This document shows positions 25,609-36,501 of a stretch of DNA of 48,447 nt, one piece after another (the stretch's first letter is position 1; every line of letters starts with the position of its first letter). Below the pieces are notes generated by a model, which had not been told where the DNA came from, made no database searches, and worked only from the letters and a program-made list of their open reading frames with translations. A program made the translations under genes and the position numbers. This DNA is from Candidatus Woesebacteria bacterium GW2011_GWA1_38_8 (lineage in GTDB: Bacteria > Patescibacteriota > Microgenomatia > UBA8517). The stretch is taken from NCBI GenBank assembly GCA_000993025.1, contig LBVJ01000023.1, forward strand, positions 1-48,447, read 5' to 3'.

Positions 25609-25964
25609 CTTTGGACAAGATTATAGTAACATCTGCCGGATTTATACTAACGGGATTAATTTATTGGTTCTTTTTTGGCGAAAAAAAAGAAATTATTAAA
25701 GGAAACGGATTGGTTAAAATATTAGTTAGTGGCGGTTACAAACCGGATGTTATTAAACTGACCAAAGGGATATCAACAACGCTTATTATCAAAAGGACGG
25801 ACCCAAATTCCTGTCTGGAAGATTTTATTCTACCTGATTATAAGATATCTAAATTTCTTCCGTTAAATAAAGAAGTTAAAATCACTCTTTTACCGGGTAA
25901 AACCGGTGTTTTTGGATTTCATTGCGGTATGAATATGTACCATGGGAAAATCATCGTCGAATAA
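25605..25964 (+). CDS. Membrane-anchored cupredoxin-like domain protein
   Basis: N-terminal TM plus a beta-rich domain ending in [15 protein letters not shown]. Confidence 0.5.
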   Translation: MTLDKIIVTSAGFILTGLIYWFFFGEKKEIIKGNGLVKILVSGGYKPDVIKLTKGISTTLIIKRTDPNSCLEDFILPDYKISKFLPLNKEVKITLLPGKTGVFGFHCGMNMYHGKIIVE

Positions 25965-28287
25965 TAAAAATAATTTTGTCAGAAAATCATTCCCGATCGT
26001 TGGAATGCACTGCGCTTCATGTGCCAAGTTGATTGAAAAGAAACTTCAAAAAACTCCCGGAGTTTTTTTAGCAAATGTAAATTATGGCAGCGAAATGGGA
26101 ACGGTGGAGATTGATGAAAAATCGGTTTCTGATAATGAATTACAGAAAGCAGTTGAGGGAGCCGGGTACAAAGCCATATTTTCGAATAATCTAAAAAATG
26201 AAAATAGTACCTCTGAAAAGACCCCCGATGATATAAAAGAAGAGGAAAAAAAGAAGCAATTGGCGGAGCTGAAAATAAAAGTCAGTGTTTCAGCAGTATT
26301 AAGCATAATAATTTTTATCGGCAGTTTTCCGGATTGGTTTTTCTTTACTCCATCACTTTTTACCAATTCCTTTCTTCTCCTTTTTTTATCTTCAATTGTA
26401 CAGTTTTGGGCAGGCAGTGAATTCTATCTGGCAACGCGGTCCGGTTTGAAAAACAGAACGGCTAGTATGGATACTTTAATTGCTATCGGTACTTCGGCTG
26501 CATACGGGTTTTCTGCGCTAATGGTCGTGTTCCCCGCATATTTAAAAACTAATGGAATCTCCGAAATGATGTATTTTGATACGGCAGCGGTAATTATTAC
26601 GCTGATTTTATTGGGAAGATATTTTGAAGCAAAAGCTAAAGCTCACACATCAGATGCAATAAAAAAACTTCTCGGGCTTCAGGCAAAAACAGCACGTGTT
26701 CTATTAACCTTGGCAAACGGAAAATTTCGATTGACCGATTATTTAAAGAAGAAGGAACATCAGGAAATGGATATACCTTTAAATCAAGTATCGGTTGGGG
26801 ATATCATAAGAGTCCGCCCCGGAGAGAAAATTCCGGTTGACGGTGAAATAATCGACGGTGGAAGTTCCGTTGATGAATCGATGGTTACCGGTGAATCGAT
26901 CCCTGTCGGAAAAACGGTCGGGGATGTTGTTATCGGGTCAACTATAAATAAATCCGGATCTTTTCTTTTTATCGCAAAAAAAGTTGGTGGAGACACAATG
27001 CTTTCAAATATTATAAGAATGGTATCCGAGGCGCAAAGCTCCCGTGCTCCAATCCAAAAACTTGCTGATATTGTGTCCTCATATTTCGTTCCGATCGTTT
27101 TAGTTTTGGCAGTTCTCACCTTTGTAGTCTGGTACGATTTCGGATCTTTTGCCCAGGCTTTTACAAATATGATCGCGGTACTGGTTATTGCCTGTCCGTG
27201 TGCTTTGGGGTTGGCTACCCCGACCGCGATAATGGTCGGTATGGGAAAAGGGGCGGAAAAAGGGATTTTAATTAAGGACGCTGAAAGTTTGGAAAATGCC
27301 AATAAAGTAAGAACGGTAATTTTTGATAAAACCGGTACTTTAACAGAAGGGAAACCAAAGGTGACGGATATTGTAATTACAGAAAATCAGAAAATGAATA
27401 GAATATTACAGATCGCAGCTTCACTTGAAAAGGGATCTGAACATCCCTTAGCGGAAGCAATAATGGCAGATGTGAAGGAAAAAAGTTTGGATATAGATAA
27501 AACGACAGAGTTTGAAGCCATTTCCGGTAAAGGAGTGCGGGGTATGGTTAATGGAAAAATTTACTATTTGGGAAACCGCTCTTTGACGCAGAAAAATAAC
27601 ATAATGGTTTCAGAAGGGACAGAAGTAAACATTCAAATGTTGGAAGAAGAGGGAAAAACGGTTATGCTTTTGTCGGACGAAAGGGAAATACTCGGTCTTA
27701 TTGCAGTTGCCGATACAATAAAATCCAGTGCGAGAGAAATGATCGACAATCTTAATAAAAGATCGATCGAATCGTGGATGATAACCGGAGATAATGAAAG
27801 AACGGCAAAAGCAATTGCCGAAGAGTCGGGTATCATAAACGTATTTGCGGAGGTTTTACCTGAAGAAAAAGCATTAAAAGTAAAAGAAATCCAAAATAAG
27901 TATAATACTGGGAATAACAGATCTTATAAGGTAGCATTTGTCGGAGATGGGATAAATGATGCCCCTGCACTGGCATCTGCTGATGTTGGTATTGCCATGG
28001 GTACGGGAACAGATATCGCCATCGAATCGGCCGGCATCACGATAATGAATAAGAATTTAATGAGTATAGTAAGTGCAATCGAATTGAGTAAAAAAACGGT
28101 AAAAGTGATAAAAGAAAATCTTATATGGGCATTCGGATATAATGTTATTTTGATCCCTGTTGCTATGGGAATTTTATATCCTTTCAATAAAATGCTTCTT
28201 AATCCTGAAATTGCAGCATTTGCGATGGCAGCGAGTTCAATCTCTGTTGTCGGCAATTCATTAAGGTTGAAAAGAATAAAAATATAA
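25942..28287 (+). CDS. copA: Copper-translocating P1B-type ATPase
   Basis: N-terminal [28 protein letters not shown]. Confidence 0.95.
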   Translation: MGKSSSNNKNNFVRKSFPIVGMHCASCAKLIEKKLQKTPGVFLANVNYGSEMGTVEIDEKSVSDNELQKAVEGAGYKAIFSNNLKNENSTSEKTPDDIKEEEKKKQLAELKIKVSVSAVLSIIIFIGSFPDWFFFTPSLFTNSFLLLFLSSIVQFWAGSEFYLATRSGLKNRTASMDTLIAIGTSAAYGFSALMVVFPAYLKTNGISEMMYFDTAAVIITLILLGRYFEAKAKAHTSDAIKKLLGLQAKTARVLLTLANGKFRLTDYLKKKEHQEMDIPLNQVSVGDIIRVRPGEKIPVDGEIIDGGSSVDESMVTGESIPVGKTVGDVVIGSTINKSGSFLFIAKKVGGDTMLSNIIRMVSEAQSSRAPIQKLADIVSSYFVPIVLVLAVLTFVVWYDFGSFAQAFTNMIAVLVIACPCALGLATPTAIMVGMGKGAEKGILIKDAESLENANKVRTVIFDKTGTLTEGKPKVTDIVITENQKMNRILQIAASLEKGSEHPLAEAIMADVKEKSLDIDKTTEFEAISGKGVRGMVNGKIYYLGNRSLTQKNNIMVSEGTEVNIQMLEEEGKTVMLLSDEREILGLIAVADTIKSSAREMIDNLNKRSIESWMITGDNERTAKAIAEESGIINVFAEVLPEEKALKVKEIQNKYNTGNNRSYKVAFVGDGINDAPALASADVGIAMGTGTDIAIESAGITIMNKNLMSIVSAIELSKKTVKVIKENLIWAFGYNVILIPVAMGILYPFNKMLLNPEIAAFAMAASSISVVGNSLRLKRIKI

Positions 28288-28330
28288 GAAAATCGACACT
28301 GGGTATTAATCTTACTTTTTTCTAAATATT

Positions 28331-28870
28331 CTAATCCTCTTTTGTCTTTTTCCAAAGAAAATCCTTTTCTTTCCACCCACGATCAATTAGAGCGATTTTA
28401 TCGAAGCCGATTTTGTTTGGTAGTGTTTTTTCAATTAATTTAGTGACAGTTTCGTTATCCTTTTTGTGAACTTGCCTTGCAATTTTTATATCAAAATAAT
28501 TACCATATAAAGCGGTATAATCCTTATGAATTTCAATACTGTTCTTTTCTAGTAATTTTTCAATTTTAATGATTGTATCCGACAAGGGTTTCCTATCAAG
28601 AATTGCGACAACTTTATTATCCCAAGTATCGTATTTTATAATTTTTAAATGGATGGGTAGCGGGAAAACAAAGCTAGAAAACAGATTCACAACTTTTTCT
28701 TTTTGTATTTTTGTTGGATTTTTGTCTTTAAAATATACAAGTGATATGTGTGGGTATTTTTTTGCGTTCAAATCCAAATTTCCCTGTTTGATTCTTACAA
28801 TTGTGTCTCTTAAATAAAAAATCTTATTTATTATAGATTTATTGGGAAGCAGTACTAATAGTAAATTCAT
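28331..28870 (-). CDS. Hypothetical protein (possible 2H-phosphoesterase-like; only one HxS motif, PHISL)
   Basis: 179-aa ORF with clean coding appearance. The second HxT/S motif was not found. Confidence 0.35.
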   Translation of the reverse strand: MNLLLVLLPNKSIINKIFYLRDTIVRIKQGNLDLNAKKYPHISLVYFKDKNPTKIQKEKVVNLFSSFVFPLPIHLKIIKYDTWDNKVVAILDRKPLSDTIIKIEKLLEKNSIEIHKDYTALYGNYFDIKIARQVHKKDNETVTKLIEKTLPNKIGFDKIALIDRGWKEKDFLWKKTKED

Positions 28871-28877
28871 ATTATCT

Positions 28878-30029
28878 TCAGTAATATTTTCTGTTTTTTA
28901 TCTTCTCAGGCAAAAAACTATCTTTTGTATATTTATCATATCCTTTTCCATATCCCAGATCTTTCATTAACTTTGTCGGGGCATTTAATATTTTTAGCGG
29001 GATTGGGAGATTTCCATAAGTTTCCACATCTTTAAGAGCCGACATGTAAGCGTTATATGCAGACCGGTCTTTTTTGGCTGTCGCCAGATAAACGGTACCT
29101 GCTGCCAGATTTTCCTGGCATTCGGGATATCCGATCTGTTGGCATGCTTGAAAGACTGCATTGGCGACAACTAAAGCGGTTGGGGAAGCAACATCTTCCG
29201 ATGCAAATACTACCATTCTTCTTGCGATATAAAGAGGATCTTGTCCGGCTGCGACCATCCTTGCCAAGTAGTAAAGCGATGCGTCAACGTCACTTGCACG
29301 CATTGATTTTATAAACGCCGAAATAACGTTGTAAAACTCGTCCCCATGTTTATCAAAGCCCAGTTGTCTTTTTTGAAGAGCCTGTTCAATATGGGTAATT
29401 TGTAGCGGATCGGATGAGGTTATATTTGCTGCAATTTCTAATGTTGTTAAAAGTATCCGCGCGTCTCCGTTTGAAGATTCGAGTATAAATTTTTGTGCCT
29501 TACCTGATAATTTTCTTTTTAAAAATTTCAGGCCTTTATTAAGAATACATTTCAAATCTTTCTCCGAATGCTGATGTAAAAGGATGACACGTGTCCTTGA
29601 TAATAAAGGGGAAATTACCTCAAATGACGGATTTTCGGTTGTAGCGCCGATCAGGGTGATACTGCCTTTTTCCACAAAAGGAAGAAGTTTAGCCTGTTGA
29701 GCTTTGTTAAAACGATGGATCTCGTCGATCACCACGATCGGGGGAAAAAGTGTTTCCTTGATCATAATTTTTTCGATCTCTTTTATCGAAGTTGACACTG
29801 CCGAAAACTCAAAATATTCCCTTTTAAGTTCAGAAGCGATGATCCTTGCCAATGTAGTTTTTCCGATTCCCGGTGGTCCCCAAAGAATGAGAGATGGGAA
29901 AAATCCGGTTTTACCGGCATTTTTTAAAAGTATTCTTATTACTCCTTTCTCTCCTGCCAGGTGTTCCTGTCCGACAAAATCCTTCAGTGTTTTCGGACGT
30001 ATTTTTTCGGGGAGGGGTACATTTTCCAT
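28878..30029 (-). CDS. rarA: Replication-associated recombination protein A (AAA+ ATPase, MgsA/RarA)
   Basis: GPPGIGKTTLARIIA, VVIDEIHRFNK, GATTENPSFE, and the C-terminal MgsA block YYLARM...GQDPLYIARR. Confidence 0.85.
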   Translation of the reverse strand: MENVPLPEKIRPKTLKDFVGQEHLAGEKGVIRILLKNAGKTGFFPSLILWGPPGIGKTTLARIIASELKREYFEFSAVSTSIKEIEKIMIKETLFPPIVVIDEIHRFNKAQQAKLLPFVEKGSITLIGATTENPSFEVISPLLSRTRVILLHQHSEKDLKCILNKGLKFLKRKLSGKAQKFILESSNGDARILLTTLEIAANITSSDPLQITHIEQALQKRQLGFDKHGDEFYNVISAFIKSMRASDVDASLYYLARMVAAGQDPLYIARRMVVFASEDVASPTALVVANAVFQACQQIGYPECQENLAAGTVYLATAKKDRSAYNAYMSALKDVETYGNLPIPLKILNAPTKLMKDLGYGKGYDKYTKDSFLPEKIKNRKYY

Positions 30030-30141
30030 AATTCAGATTGTATACCCTAATAAAATACGAAGCAAATTGTGTTCAATGCCGTTTACGGATCTTTGTGAAA
30101 TCGGTATTCGTAAAATCGAAATAATGGGATAATATGAACTG

Positions 30142-31986
30142 ATGAGGAAATTTAAGACAAAATTACCAAGTCCCAAGATTACTTTTGACAGAGTAGGTCA
30201 GGTTTGGTTTACCTTGAGAGAGGTGATAATACTTATATATAGAGGGAACCCAAAACTACTTACCTTGGTCTTTGTATTAAATGCTATTTGGGGGTTGTCG
30301 TCAGTTCCGACCTTCTATCTGGAAAAATTGATAATCGACAAACTGATTGCAGGGAGCGGTTCCGGTGATTGGAGACCCATACTTTATTCAGTTTTAATTC
30401 TTGTAGTATTGTCTTTGGTGCTTTCGCTTTTCAGGAATTTTTTAAGCAGCTATATAGGATATCTTAGGAGGAATTTGTCAAGATTTTTTGATGCAGAGAT
30501 AGATGCGCTGATAGGTAAGAAAATGACAGAATTGGACCTGTCGACAATCGAAAATCCGGATTTTAAGGATAGGTTCAATAAGGTCGAGCGTGAGTCAGGA
30601 CAGCGTGCATGGCAATTAATGATGCCTCTTTCTGATATTCCGAACTATCTTATTGGATTTATTACTGCGACTTTGGTACTAATATTTGTAAGCCCTTTGG
30701 TTTCTCTGGGTGTGATATTATTCTCGCTCCCGAGGTTTTTTATCAACTCCAGATTTATCAAAAAAGAGTACGAACTGCACGGACAGTTATCACCGCTTCA
30801 TAGGATTTGGGGTTGGATAAGCTACTATCTTCGAAGAAACAGGAACTACATGGAGATGAAGATCTTGGGTCTTCCCGATTATTTGACCAAGAAAATGAAA
30901 GCAACTATTGAAATAATACTTGAAAAAAGGATGGAGATGAGTAAAAGAAGAGAGATATCTTCATTTGTAGGTTTTTTGCCATTGAATTTTTACGAATTAA
31001 TTATTTCGTCTTTTCTGGTCGTTTGGGTAATAGTCGGAAAAATAACCGTCGGTTCATTCCAGTTATATCTTCGTTCGCTTAGAAGCGCTGAGCAAAATCT
31101 TTCGAGCTTGGTGTCATCATTTTTGGAGATATATGAAAACTATATATATGTAACCGATCTTGTGTGGTTGTTGGGACTTGAAGCGGAAGAAAATAAGGGT
31201 GTTCGCAAAGAAAAAATTGAATATAAGGAAATTTCCATCGAATTCAGGAACGTATGGTTTAAATACAATAAAGATCAAAAATGGATACTAAAAGATGTTA
31301 ACTTTCTTATCGAACCGGGTGAAAAGATAGCAATAGTGGGAGAAAATGGGGAAGGAAAATCAACATTGATCAAGATACTTGCCGGATTTTACACACCTGA
31401 TAAGGGAGAAGTTATTGTTTGCGGTAAGAATTTAAAGGAACTGGATCTTTCTCAATGGAGAAACCGGTTGGCAGTACTCTTTCAGGAATTTGAACTATAC
31501 CCTTTCACTGTAAGGGAGGCGATCGGTTATGGGGATATTAATAGGATGGATGATCTTCAAGCTATAGAAAAAGCTGCAGAAAAGACCGGAATTGACGGAT
31601 TCATTAACGAGTTGCCTCTTAAGTATGAAAATCCATTATCCCCCGATTTTGAACGTGGGGTCCACCCGTCAATCGGTCAAATGCAAAGGATAGGAATTTC
31701 GAGAATGCTATTTAGAGAGAAAGCAAGGGTTTTAATATTGGATGAACCGACAAGCAGTGTTGATCCAAAAGCCGAAGCAAGGATATTCAATGAATTGGTC
31801 GAAATTTCCAAAGACAAGCTTTTGATCTTTGTGACACAAAGATTTTCTTCGGTGAGGATCGCCGATAAAATATTTGTTGTTGCGGGGGGAAAAATTGCCG
31901 AAACGGGAACGCACCAGGAGCTTATGCAATTAAATAAAAGATACGCCAAACTATATAATCTCCAAGCAGAGGGGTATCGACTCTGA
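30142..31986 (+). CDS. ABC exporter, fused permease/ATPase (MsbA-like type I exporter)
   Basis: 6-TM N-domain; Walker A GENGEGKST; signature SIGQMQR; Walker B LILDEPTSSVD. Confidence 0.85.
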   Translation: MRKFKTKLPSPKITFDRVGQVWFTLREVIILIYRGNPKLLTLVFVLNAIWGLSSVPTFYLEKLIIDKLIAGSGSGDWRPILYSVLILVVLSLVLSLFRNFLSSYIGYLRRNLSRFFDAEIDALIGKKMTELDLSTIENPDFKDRFNKVERESGQRAWQLMMPLSDIPNYLIGFITATLVLIFVSPLVSLGVILFSLPRFFINSRFIKKEYELHGQLSPLHRIWGWISYYLRRNRNYMEMKILGLPDYLTKKMKATIEIILEKRMEMSKRREISSFVGFLPLNFYELIISSFLVVWVIVGKITVGSFQLYLRSLRSAEQNLSSLVSSFLEIYENYIYVTDLVWLLGLEAEENKGVRKEKIEYKEISIEFRNVWFKYNKDQKWILKDVNFLIEPGEKIAIVGENGEGKSTLIKILAGFYTPDKGEVIVCGKNLKELDLSQWRNRLAVLFQEFELYPFTVREAIGYGDINRMDDLQAIEKAAEKTGIDGFINELPLKYENPLSPDFERGVHPSIGQMQRIGISRMLFREKARVLILDEPTSSVDPKAEARIFNELVEISKDKLLIFVTQRFSSVRIADKIFVVAGGKIAETGTHQELMQLNKRYAKLYNLQAEGYRL

Positions 31987-32024
31987 TTTTTAATGTATTA
32001 TATATACTGGGGATTTGAAGACAC

Positions 32025-32675
32025 ATGAAAATAAAAGATCTTTTAAGCGGGTTGGTTACACTAGAAGAAGCAGATTCTCCAATAAACGGAAAAATTAGCG
32101 TGGTTAAGAGTCTCGGTTACGGAACATACCTGCAGGTTGGAAATTTGACACAATCGGGAGGGGTTGTGTTCGGCATTTGGAAAAATACTTTATCAAAGAT
32201 CAAAACTCATATCAATGAGCCTCAAAATATTCTTATTTTAGGCCTAGGCGGAGGCAGTTGCGCAAAAATATCGAGAAAATTATGGCCGTATTCGATCATA
32301 ACGGGTGTTGATTTTGACAAAACGATTGTTGAACTTGGGGTAAGATATCTTGACCTTGGAAAAGACAGTGCGGAGATAGTTGTCAGCGACGCCTTTGAGT
32401 TTGTAGAAAAGGCGGTTGGGGATAAGAAGATATACGACCTGATAACTATAGATTTGTTTGTCGGTCAGGAATATCCTGTGGTATTTGAGGGTGATGATTT
32501 TCTGGTAAATGTAAAAAGTATTTTATCGGACAGCGGCATTGCGGTTTTCAACAGGCTTTTCTTTGATGAAAAAAGGTCTCAGTCGATGAATTTTGGAGAG
32601 AAGCTCGAAAAATATTTTTCTAAAGTTGAGTACTTTTATCCTGAGGCAAACGTCATGATGATTTGCAATAAGTGA
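32025..32675 (+). CDS. Spermidine-synthase-like class I SAM-dependent transferase fold protein
   Basis: ILILGLGGGSCA...GVDFDKTIVELG...DLITIDLF. Confidence 0.5.
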   Translation: MKIKDLLSGLVTLEEADSPINGKISVVKSLGYGTYLQVGNLTQSGGVVFGIWKNTLSKIKTHINEPQNILILGLGGGSCAKISRKLWPYSIITGVDFDKTIVELGVRYLDLGKDSAEIVVSDAFEFVEKAVGDKKIYDLITIDLFVGQEYPVVFEGDDFLVNVKSILSDSGIAVFNRLFFDEKRSQSMNFGEKLEKYFSKVEYFYPEANVMMICNK

Positions 32676-32709
32676 ATCAATTATTGAATTGTAATATGTT
32701 TTTTTGCTT

Positions 32710-32728
32710 TTCCGGAGTTTTAACAAAG
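32710..32728 (+). repeat. 19-nt motif TTCCGGAGTTTTAACAAAG, copy 1 (35 nt after the stop of 32025..32675)
   Basis: Exact second copy at 36502-36520, 13 nt after the secA stop. Confidence 0.8.
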
Positions 32729-32786
32729 AATAGTTCCGTTTCTCGTATTTCATATTCCCCGTTTTGTCTTTCGTATCAGACAAAAA

Positions 32787-33254
32787 TCAGTTCCACGAAT
32801 TTCCCCTTCTGTCCCAACGGTGTTCATCCGGGATTTCTTTGAACATTTCGTTGAGGTCTAAATAACTTTTTTGAGGGATAGATTGATTAATTTGTTTCCA
32901 AATAGGAAAGTAATCATATAAGTAATTTCGTACGCGCAAATCGGTTGCCGTTAATCCGTAACAAATTATAAAAACAATTATTCCCAAGCCGATCAAAGTT
33001 GTTAGAATTTTATAAAAGAGTGAATTTCCGGAGATTATGTCGAGTCCGATGAAAATGAAAATTACCGGCCAGAAAGGAAATACATAACTCCAAATTGACC
33101 AGGAAACAAGTCCGAAGTTATTAAGAAGCAATATCAAACCGGCTGAGATAAAAACGACCCCACCTAATATGTTCGGGAACCCGTTAAATGACTTAATAAG
33201 TTCTTGTTTTTTGTTTACTGTTTTACCTATGTCGATTTCTTTTTTGTCACTCAC
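32787..33254 (-). CDS. Membrane protein, LiaF-N/DUF5668-like
   Basis: GVVFISAGLILLLNNFGLVSWSIWSYVFPFWPVIFIFIGL. GTG start. Confidence 0.45.
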   Translation of the reverse strand: MSDKKEIDIGKTVNKKQELIKSFNGFPNILGGVVFISAGLILLLNNFGLVSWSIWSYVFPFWPVIFIFIGLDIISGNSLFYKILTTLIGLGIIVFIICYGLTATDLRVRNYLYDYFPIWKQINQSIPQKSYLDLNEMFKEIPDEHRWDRRGNSWN

Positions 33255-33626
33255 GTTTCTTTAATATCGATATGCCAAGAAAGATTATCACAAGCGCGGG
33301 AATAAATCTCCAAAGACGGGCAATGTTCACAATTCCGAAGTTATCAAGAAGAAGAATGGCACCAAAGGCAAGTATTATTATTCCCAAAAACTGTCTTGTA
33401 TTCAAATTTTTAGAATTTAATTTCATTGAATGCGTGAGATCTTTGGCTTTATCTTTTATTTCAATTACACCCTTTTCAATATTTTCCCGGGTGATCTCGG
33501 AATTAGACCCTTGTGAGGGAATTCACCAAGACCGGTGCACACTCCGGCAATGACACGGTCATTTTCGGAGCGAAATAATTTTGCTGATGTTTTGGTTTTA
33601 TTCTCCGGCCTTGTCTTTTCAACCAT
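33247..33626 (-). pseudogene. PspC-domain gene remnant, truncated and frameshifted, joined to a DUF5668-like TM segment
   Basis: Not in the ORF track (pieces shorter than 60 aa). From ATG 33626: MVEKTRPENKTKTSAKLFRSENDRVIAGVCTGLGEF, the first half of the PspC domain, then junk to the stop at 33467-65. The -1 frame continues ...ENIEKGVIEIKDKAKDL...RQFLGIIILAFGAILLLDNFGIVNIARLWRFIPALVIIFLGISILKKRE to 33247. Confidence 0.4.
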
Positions 33627-33723
33627 ATAAGCTGATTATAGAATATTGATTTGTATCTGGTCAATGGCTGGCTTAGCAATTTGAGACTTCATCTGCTAAT
33701 ATGGATGTAGTAAAATTTACGTT

Positions 33724-36489
33724 ATGTTTAAAATATTTTCAAAATTTTTGGATGTAAACCAAAAGGAAGTGGACAAACTTTCTAAAATAGAAGCTGGTAT
33801 AAATGATTTTGAACCCACAATTAAAAATCTAAAGGATAAAGATTTTGCAAAAAAAACGGCTGACTTCAAGGAAAGACTTCAGAAAGGTGCGAATTTGGAG
33901 GATGTTTTACCTGAAGCCTTTGCTACCGTGCGTGAGGCTACGGTCAGAACTTTAGGCAAACGTCTTTTTGATGTTCAGTTGATGGCGGCGACAGCTTTAT
34001 TCGAAGGAAAAATTGCTGAGCAAAAAACGGGTGAGGGTAAAACTCTTTCAGCTGTTTCCGCACTATATCTCCGGGCACTGACCGGAAAAGGAGCGCATCT
34101 TGTAACGGTCAACGATTATCTTGCACGCCGTGATGCAGGATGGAATGCACCGATATTTTCACTTCTAGGAATGACTGTCGGAGCAATTGCACAGGAAATG
34201 AAATCGTATGTTTATGACCCTGATTTTTCCGACTCAAGCCACGGAGATGAAAGATTAACCCATCTTAAACCTTCCTCCCGTAAAGAGTCTTATGCTTGCG
34301 ATATAACATACGGGACAAATAATGAGTTTGGCTTTGATTATCTTAGAGACAATATGGTGCAATCCGTTTCTGAAATGTCCCAGCGCGGACACTATTTTGC
34401 GATCGTGGACGAAGTCGATTCAATTTTGATAGATGAGGCAAGAACCCCTCTTATTATTTCAGCTCCCGATACAGAACCTACCAAAAAATATTATGAATTT
34501 GCCAAATTAGTGGGCTCGCTTAATCCTGATACCGATTATTCGATCGATGAAAAAGTAAAAAGTGCTACTTTGACAGAACATGGTATTTCGCGTGTCGAGA
34601 AGATCATGGAGATAGACAATCTTTATGAGAAAGATTTCGATTCCATACACCACATTGAAAACGCTCTTCGTGCAAGGACCCTTTATCTAAAAGATCGGGA
34701 ATATGTTGTGAAAGACGACAAGGTAACAATCGTTGATGAATTTACAGGAAGACTTATGTTTGGAAGGCGTTGGAGCGACGGACTTCATCAAGCTGTTGAG
34801 GCAAAAGAAGGAGTACAAATTCAGCAGGAAAGCAAAACGTTGGCAACGATCTCCTTCCAAAATTACTTCCGGATGTATGAACATCTTTCGGGAATGACAG
34901 GTACTGCTGCGACAGAGGCGGAAGAATTTAGAAAGATCTATAAGATCGATGTAGTTGTTATCCCAACCAATAAGGTGATGGTCAGGAAAGATCATAGAGA
35001 TGTGATTTATAAATCTTTGCGGGGGAAATATGGCGCAATAGTTGCCGAGATCGAAGAAAAGTATAAAAAAGGGCAACCGGTCCTGGTTGGTACAACCTCG
35101 ATCGAAAAAAATGAGATCATTGATGAATACTTAAAAAGGAAAAAGATACCCCACAACGTACTTAACGCAAAGAATCACGAAAAAGAGGCCACGATCATTG
35201 CCGATGCAGGAAAACCCGGAGCTGTAACTGTTGCAACGAATATGGCAGGGCGCGGTGTTGACATTGTTCTTGGAGGGTCACAACCGGATAAACCTGAGGG
35301 AGTGACTAATGAGAAGTGGAGATTGACGAATGAATATAAAAATTGGGAAAAATCGCATAACAAAGTGATAGAAGCAGGAGGACTGCACGTTTTGGGAACT
35401 GAAAGACACGAATCAAGACGGATCGATAATCAGCTTCGCGGACGGGCTGGTAGACAAGGAGATCCCGGATCATCCAAATTTTTCCTTTCTTTGGAAGATG
35501 ATCTGATGCGTATTTTTGGAGGCGAACAAATAATTGGTTTAATGGACCGTTTCAAGCTTCCGGAAGACCAGCCAATCGAAAATTCTTTTATAAGCAAAGC
35601 AATTGAAGGAGCTCAGAGCAAGGTTGAAGGTTTTCATTTTGATGCCAGAAAGCATCTTGTTGAATACGATGACGTTAAAAATCAGCAGAGGGAGATCATT
35701 TATAAATTAAGATGTGAGGTGCTTGAATCGAACGACCTAAGCACTCAAGTCAAGGGAAAATTAGAAAGCGAGATCGAAGGAATTTTGTCCTATTCCCGCT
35801 CTGTTGAAGACGGGAAAATAGATCCGGAAAAAGCAGTCTTGGGACTTTTAGAGATAGTCCCTTTTGATGAAGGAAGCCGTAGTTCTTTGAAAAAACAATT
35901 GGACGGTGGAAAAAACGATGAAGAAATAAAGACATTTTTCAATAAAGTCGTGATGGATATATACGAAGGAAGAAAGAAAGAGTTGGGGGATGCTGTGTTT
36001 TCGCAAATTGAAAAATTCGCATATCTATCTTCGATAGATCATATGTGGATCGAACACCTTGATACAATAGATGCTTTCGAAGATGCAGTGAAGCTTCGGG
36101 GATATGCGCAAAAAGATCCTTTAGCCGAATTTAAAAATGAAGCATTCGGAATGTTTGAGGGGCTTTTAAGCAAGATCGATACTGAAGTTACAAGAAGACT
36201 TTTTAGAATTGGTGTAGCCCACGCACCTCAGCCAACAATTCCTTTAGCTCACGCAAGGACAAATGTTGATCAGTTAGATCAAACAGGACTTGCAGATATT
36301 GGAGATGACCTTACAGCGCAGGCAGGTACCCCCGCCTTCGCTTCAGCTTCGTCGGGAAATCCCGCTTTTAGTGGTTCGCAAAGTAACCAAGCAGTCAATA
36401 AACAAACTAACAAACTCGGCCGTAACGATCAGTGCTGGTGTGGGTCCGGAAAAAAATGGAAGAAATGTCATTATCCGCTAGTTGGATAA
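33724..36489 (+). CDS. secA: Preprotein translocase ATPase SecA
   Basis: 921 aa. MKTGEGKTL-type Walker A (QKTGEGKTL), DEVDSILIDEARTPLIIS, C-terminal zinc finger CWCGSGKKWKKCH. Confidence 0.95.
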   Translation: MFKIFSKFLDVNQKEVDKLSKIEAGINDFEPTIKNLKDKDFAKKTADFKERLQKGANLEDVLPEAFATVREATVRTLGKRLFDVQLMAATALFEGKIAEQKTGEGKTLSAVSALYLRALTGKGAHLVTVNDYLARRDAGWNAPIFSLLGMTVGAIAQEMKSYVYDPDFSDSSHGDERLTHLKPSSRKESYACDITYGTNNEFGFDYLRDNMVQSVSEMSQRGHYFAIVDEVDSILIDEARTPLIISAPDTEPTKKYYEFAKLVGSLNPDTDYSIDEKVKSATLTEHGISRVEKIMEIDNLYEKDFDSIHHIENALRARTLYLKDREYVVKDDKVTIVDEFTGRLMFGRRWSDGLHQAVEAKEGVQIQQESKTLATISFQNYFRMYEHLSGMTGTAATEAEEFRKIYKIDVVVIPTNKVMVRKDHRDVIYKSLRGKYGAIVAEIEEKYKKGQPVLVGTTSIEKNEIIDEYLKRKKIPHNVLNAKNHEKEATIIADAGKPGAVTVATNMAGRGVDIVLGGSQPDKPEGVTNEKWRLTNEYKNWEKSHNKVIEAGGLHVLGTERHESRRIDNQLRGRAGRQGDPGSSKFFLSLEDDLMRIFGGEQIIGLMDRFKLPEDQPIENSFISKAIEGAQSKVEGFHFDARKHLVEYDDVKNQQREIIYKLRCEVLESNDLSTQVKGKLESEIEGILSYSRSVEDGKIDPEKAVLGLLEIVPFDEGSRSSLKKQLDGGKNDEEIKTFFNKVVMDIYEGRKKELGDAVFSQIEKFAYLSSIDHMWIEHLDTIDAFEDAVKLRGYAQKDPLAEFKNEAFGMFEGLLSKIDTEVTRRLFRIGVAHAPQPTIPLAHARTNVDQLDQTGLADIGDDLTAQAGTPAFASASSGNPAFSGSQSNQAVNKQTNKLGRNDQCWCGSGKKWKKCHYPLVG

Positions 36490-36501
36490 AAGTGTTTACC
36501 C

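Noticed and set aside
26784-27302. 172-aa antisense ORF inside copA; similar shadows occur at 9798..10142 and 11178..11510 in lon, 34687..35076 in secA, 27924..28376, 15079..15689, 17075..17821 and 37281..37635
   Set aside because: These are typical antisense shadow ORFs within strongly supported genes. None carries an independent motif.
32523-32783. 86-aa minus-strand ORF, and 33272..33553 + strand ORF
   Set aside because: The first overlaps the 3' end of a supported + gene and the 19-nt motif. The second is antisense to the PspC-like remnant. Both are compositionally junk-like.
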